Assembly (NCBI GenBank): GCA_043228905.1 | Contig: JBHGNT010000003.1 | Location: 25,668,001-25,732,000, forward strand | DNA: 64,000 nucleotides | Direction: 5' to 3' | Origin: Azolla caroliniana | Lineage: Eukaryota; Plantae; Polypodiophyta | Shown: positions 59,386-64,000 of the stretch, in pieces | Numbering within the stretch: the first letter of the stretch is position 1 | Layout of the letters: the number at the start of each line of letters is the position of its first letter | Notes under the pieces: generated by a model | The model's input: only the letters and a program-made list of their open reading frames with translations | What the model was told of the DNA's origin: nothing | The model's database searches: none | Made by a program: the position numbers and the translations under genes

Positions 59386-62300
59386 GTGAGTCGTGAACAT
59401 GATTCACTTTGTTTTCGTGTGCTATATGCTTGCAAATTGTTCAGAACTAGTATTGAGTTCGAGTATTGTATATGGATATAACTTTTGTAATTGCTGATGC
59501 TTAAAGACACTGAGGTATATTCTCCTTATGTAAGACTGCTTATCTGTATAAAGGTGTATGCCAATGCCTATATTTGAGCAGATGTTGCTGTTACAGCAAA
59601 ATATATATTGAGTGTTTTTGGTAAGATCTTCCTTATTTTTTTCAATATCTCTGTAATTTTAGGCATTCGTCCATCTTCAAACATATTTCCTTACATAATA
59701 TCTACTTAAATAAATATGGTTGTGGGTGGGTGGGGGTCTCCTGGAAATGCACAAAGAGAAATGCAAGGAAAAAAAGAACCAAATTTCGGAATCGGTCTCT
59801 CGAGTCGTGGTGTCTGTGTGTGTTATGTTTTGTATGTGTGTGTGTGTGTTTCTGCGAGGCGGTAATTTTGATTCTCGTTAAAGAAAATAAACTTTCCTAC
59901 TTAACCCAATTATCCTTTTCCTTTTCCATATTCATTCATTCATAACTATTTTTCTTTCTTTCTCTCCCTCCCTCACTTTCTTAATTTTCTTTCTTTCTCT
60001 CCATCTCTTCTCCCGCCACCGCCACCGCCACTGCCGCCGCCCCCACCCGCCACCGCCTTTGTTCATTCTTAATTTTCTCCTTCTTTCTTTCTCTCCCTCC
60101 CTCCCTCCCTCTCTCCTCCCTCTCTTTCTCTTTCTGTGCATCTCGTTTATTTTATTTCTGTTCCAACCTATGCTTTCTCCCTTGCTCCTCTCTCTTTTCC
60201 GATCTCCTCCATCTCCACCTGTATGACAATTCCTCAAACCTCCTGCCACTAGGAAGAGAATCCAAGGAAAAATCTCATCATATCTAAGGAAGTTCATTAG
60301 GTAGGCCTAACAAAAAGGCAAAAACTCAAGGTAATATGAAATCGGGAAAAAGTGATATCAAACAAGAGTATGTTGAAACCATAAACATTTCAGGTCACTT
60401 ATATCACATTAATCGATCAAATTTGTAATGAAGAAACATATGATACGAACATAGAAGGAAAAAATTTCAAGAAACCCTAATTTTTTTTTAAAAACCCCAA
60501 AAATTTTCAGAAAACCCCTAAATGCGCAGCTCTGTTAAGTGCGCACCTCACCCATGCGTTCAAAGTGCGAACTTAACCGAATGGTTATTGTATATGTATA
60601 TGCTTAGTATAATATAACAAAATATAATATTACACCTGTATGTATATATAGCTGCAGGCATGCTGCTGGATGTGGGGGTGCACTGGTTATGAAGTCTAAA
60701 TCTTAGTGCCAATTTAAGTGTACATTGAATGCCTATTGTGAAGGCATTAATCTTCCATTTGCAGTTTGGCATGAATTGATTAGCTTAAACATTTTATTCA
60801 ACTAAGCTCTCCATGGTGTAAAACATGCCTTGATGTGCTGGGGTAGATTTATATTGATATGTATTATATATTTAGCAAATCCTAATAAAATGTCTGTGTC
60901 TTTAGTAATTTAGAATATAGTATGAAGGCATTGTATATATGCATATGAGATGTGGCAAAAGACATGAGACATAGGAAACCTTGTACTCTTCTATTAATTG
61001 TATAGGTATTACCCCTCCTTTTTAAGGCTAAGCTTAAGAAATGCTTCCTTTAATACATTATTCAAACTAAAAGAGTTAGTTGGGAGATGTAGAGTTGGGG
61101 TATAAAGGGGTTTATTTCAGTTTTGTTGGAGTTGAGGGTCGGGTGAGTTTTGACTATTTTTATTTGATAGTTTTGTAGTTGTTCCTCCAAGTTGTATATG
61201 TTGATCCCATTGTGGATTCGAGTAAACTCTGTTGTAATCTATTTGCTAACCAATGCGAAGTAGTGCTTTTTTGGAAAAGAAGAAGAAGAAGATATCCACT
61301 ATCTACTATTATTATATTGTGGTGTCCCTTTGGTGCAAGCACATGCCTTCATGTTGTGATGTACATTTGTTCCTTTGACCCACCCTTTTAGCATGCATGT
61401 AGCCAAGCCAACCCAAATGGGTACCTATGTATCAACTATAAATTGAGCAAGAAATAAGAAGCAAGGCTAGCTAGTTCGGATTCTCTTTATGTTATTTCAC
61501 AAGATGGTTTTGGGTTTAGTAATGCTAAGCAATTGTGTGTATTGCATATGATAAAATTTCATGATAAACTAAAACATTTAGAATATTAGTTCATGTTTTA
61601 TTTTGTAACAAAAAGCAATTAAAGAATGAATAAGAGGGGTCATGCATGCAAGCAATTTGTGAAAATGTTGAATAAGCCATTATTTTAATTAAAAGCTTAT
61701 TTCAGAAACAATTTCAACCCAACACTTTCAAGTTTTTTTTAATAGTACACGGTCATGTTTGTATACTCCCATCTAACAAAATTTACCAAGCTGATGTCAA
61801 GAATTCATAAACGAGTAGTTTCACCCTTGCCTTAGAAAACATTACTAAATGATTGAGTATGGTATAGGGAACACATTGTACTTTAGCACATTGTTTATGG
61901 AGTGATCTCGATATCTGAAGTTTAAGTTCATAATAATGCTATTTTTAATTTAAGATGAAGCAAACATCACATCCGTTTCCTTCTACTAGACTTTGTTAAT
62001 CAAGTAGATGTTGCTATGTCAACATTTTATTAATCAATTGGGAATAAGGATCCTCGAGGATTTGTTTATATTCCCTCAAATGTCCCTATGTTTTCGATAT
62101 CTCATTACATATGCCTTTTGGTCAGCCACATCTTGAGCAAATACATGTGCAATCTTTGATCAATTAAACATACATACATCCATACATATATGTATACATG
62201 TCCGCAATTCATCCACTTTTTTTCTCAATTAAATGCGCTGTTCCAATGATTCCTATAGTCAAGTAATTCCCATCTAAAATTCAAAATGTGGCCTATGACC

Positions 62301-62522
62301 GTGCCGACCAATTGTTATCCTTTCATGTGTATTATTTCATGTATACTTACAAGCTTATGGTAATTTTTATTCTATACCTTTGCGCGTTTAAAGGATATCC
62401 TTTTTGCTTTCCTCTTCTTCTTGTATGAAATCCATGGCAGAACTTGCCATCTGAAAGAAGAACAAAAGGTCCTGTCTCCTTTCACAGAAAGAAAAGAAAG
62501 ATAGATATATTAACAGAGAACA

Positions 62523-64000
62523 ATGTCGCAGCAACACGAGGAGGGCGCTGAAGCAGAAGTAGTAGGAGAAGAAAGTACTAGGCAAGCAAATCCTTCACAA
62601 CCGAAAGAAAATTCAGAGAAGGAGAAGAAAGAGGAACATCGGAGTGAAGCGAATCATACGAATCATCGTTCAATCCTTGTTCCAGAGAAGTTATCATATG
62701 AATGCTTGAGAACATCAGGTACACTTAAGCTAAAACACTTCATATTTTCCCCGTGCAGAGCTTTTCATTGCCTAAGAGAAGCAAGAGAAGAGAGATCTAT
62801 TATAACGTCTTCTTCTCCTGTCTCATTGCGAGCAGATATAGATCTACCCCTTGTTCGTGAAACCAAATGGGAAGATATGAAGAAAACTGTGAAAGCATGG
62901 CTGAGAAACCCCAAAAATCTAGCATTGCTGCTATGGGGCACAGCCGTAGGTATCTCAGGAGCTATGCTTTTCCTTATAATGGTAGGGTTTTTAGATGGAA
63001 CGCTACAACCGAAAAGCAAAAGAGATACTTGGTTTGAAATAAATAACCAAATCTTGAATGCATTGTTTACCCTAATGTGTCTTTACCTTCATCCAGTAAG
63101 GATTCTTCACCTTTACTTTCTCTATCGGTGGCAACCCGACGATATCAAACAACTCAGAAAAATCTATTGCAAAAATGGAACATATAAGCCACATGAATGG
63201 TCTAACATGCTTATCGTTGTGGGCTTGTTGAATCTGAATTGTTTTGGTCAATATGCTTTGTGTGGATTGAATTGGGGCTATAAGAGATCCAATAGACCCA
63301 TAGTTGGAGTTGGTTTGTGTTTAGCTGTAGCTATTGGCGCTCCAACCATAGCTGGAATTTACACTAGTGTGAGCTCTTTAGGGAAAAATTACGAAGAAGA
63401 CGAAGAGCAGGAGAGAATTGAGAGTAAAGAAAGGAAGGTACTTGAGCAAAAGCCCTCGATTAAGATCAGTCAAATCGCCAAGCTAACTAAAAAGTTCACA
63501 TTTGCCGATCGAGATGGATCACTGGTGGAGAATCCTGAGTGGATTGGTGGGATTTTCGAGGTTAAAAAGGATACGAAAGTAGCTCTATTGACCACTTTTT
63601 GTGGGTTTTGTGTGTTTGGCTACAATATGGAACGACTAGGTTTTGGTAACCGATTTGTTCACATTGCTACATTCATACTACTATGCACTGCTCCTTATTG
63701 GATATTCTTCTTAGCTGCGACAAATGTGGATAATGATTATGTTCGTCGTGGGATGAGCTATGGTGGAATATTGTTATGTGTGTTTGGGCTTTTGTATGGA
63801 GGATTTTGGAGGATTCAGATGCGAAAAGCCTTTGGGTTACCACCTCAGACATGGTGTTTTGGTAAAGCTTCTTTGACTGATTGCACTCAATGGCTATTTT
63901 GTAGTCTTTGCTCTCTTTGTCAAGAGGTTCGAACCTCAGAAGCTTATAAAATACGAGATAGTAAGTTCTACGAGAGAAAGAAAGTTTCTCATGCTCTGCC
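62523..64000 (+). CDS. DUF2985 + PLAC8 (cysteine-rich) family membrane protein, truncated by the window end
   Basis: Open frame from ATG 62523 (in-frame TAG upstream) with no stop seen before 64000, so absent from the ORF track: WLRNPKNLALLLW, WFEINNQILNALFTLMCLYLHP, RKIYCKNGTYKPHEW, CVFGYNMERLGFGN, GFWRIQMRK.FGLP, WLFCSLCSLCQEVRT. Confidence 0.92.
   Translation, partial: MSQQHEEGAEAEVVGEESTRQANPSQPKENSEKEKKEEHRSEANHTNHRSILVPEKLSYECLRTSGTLKLKHFIFSPCRAFHCLREAREERSIITSSSPVSLRADIDLPLVRETKWEDMKKTVKAWLRNPKNLALLLWGTAVGISGAMLFLIMVGFLDGTLQPKSKRDTWFEINNQILNALFTLMCLYLHPVRILHLYFLYRWQPDDIKQLRKIYCKNGTYKPHEWSNMLIVVGLLNLNCFGQYALCGLNWGYKRSNRPIVGVGLCLAVAIGAPTIAGIYTSVSSLGKNYEEDEEQERIESKERKVLEQKPSIKISQIAKLTKKFTFADRDGSLVENPEWIGGIFEVKKDTKVALLTTFCGFCVFGYNMERLGFGNRFVHIATFILLCTAPYWIFFLAATNVDNDYVRRGMSYGGILLCVFGLLYGGFWRIQMRKAFGLPPQTWCFGKASLTDCTQWLFCSLCSLCQEVRTSEAYKIRDSKFYERKKVSHAL

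Noticed and set aside
62425-62454. 9-codon uORF before the PLAC8 gene
   Set aside because: Its ATGs lie upstream of the likely acceptor at 62440 and are probably intronic.
62719-62758. Apparent GT-AG intron in the PLAC8 gene
   Set aside because: Only 40 nt, and the reading frame is open through it; removing it would frameshift.

Overview
Eukaryotic, AT-rich, gene-dense plant nuclear DNA with canonical GT-AG introns. Protein style, short introns and 8 genes in 64 kb suggest a compact seed-free plant genome such as a small-genome fern; this is inference only. By manual splicing I find eight protein-coding genes: CSL4 (exosome), NUP155, an Exo70 with an intronless CDS, a UBL-WLM-PUB (WSS1B-like) protease, an organellar EngB/YsxC GTPase, MAP3K-epsilon (minus strand), a PIA2/ANK6-like ankyrin protein and a DUF2985/PLAC8 gene that runs off the right end. 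There are also LINE and Ty3/gypsy remnants, several hairpin MITE-like elements, microsatellites and many local 80-210 bp tandem duplications. I see no clearly new multi-gene system. The most unusual pattern is four tandem duplications that copy a splice site: three spare copies lack the invariant AG/GT, while one keeps its AG and would give a premature stop.
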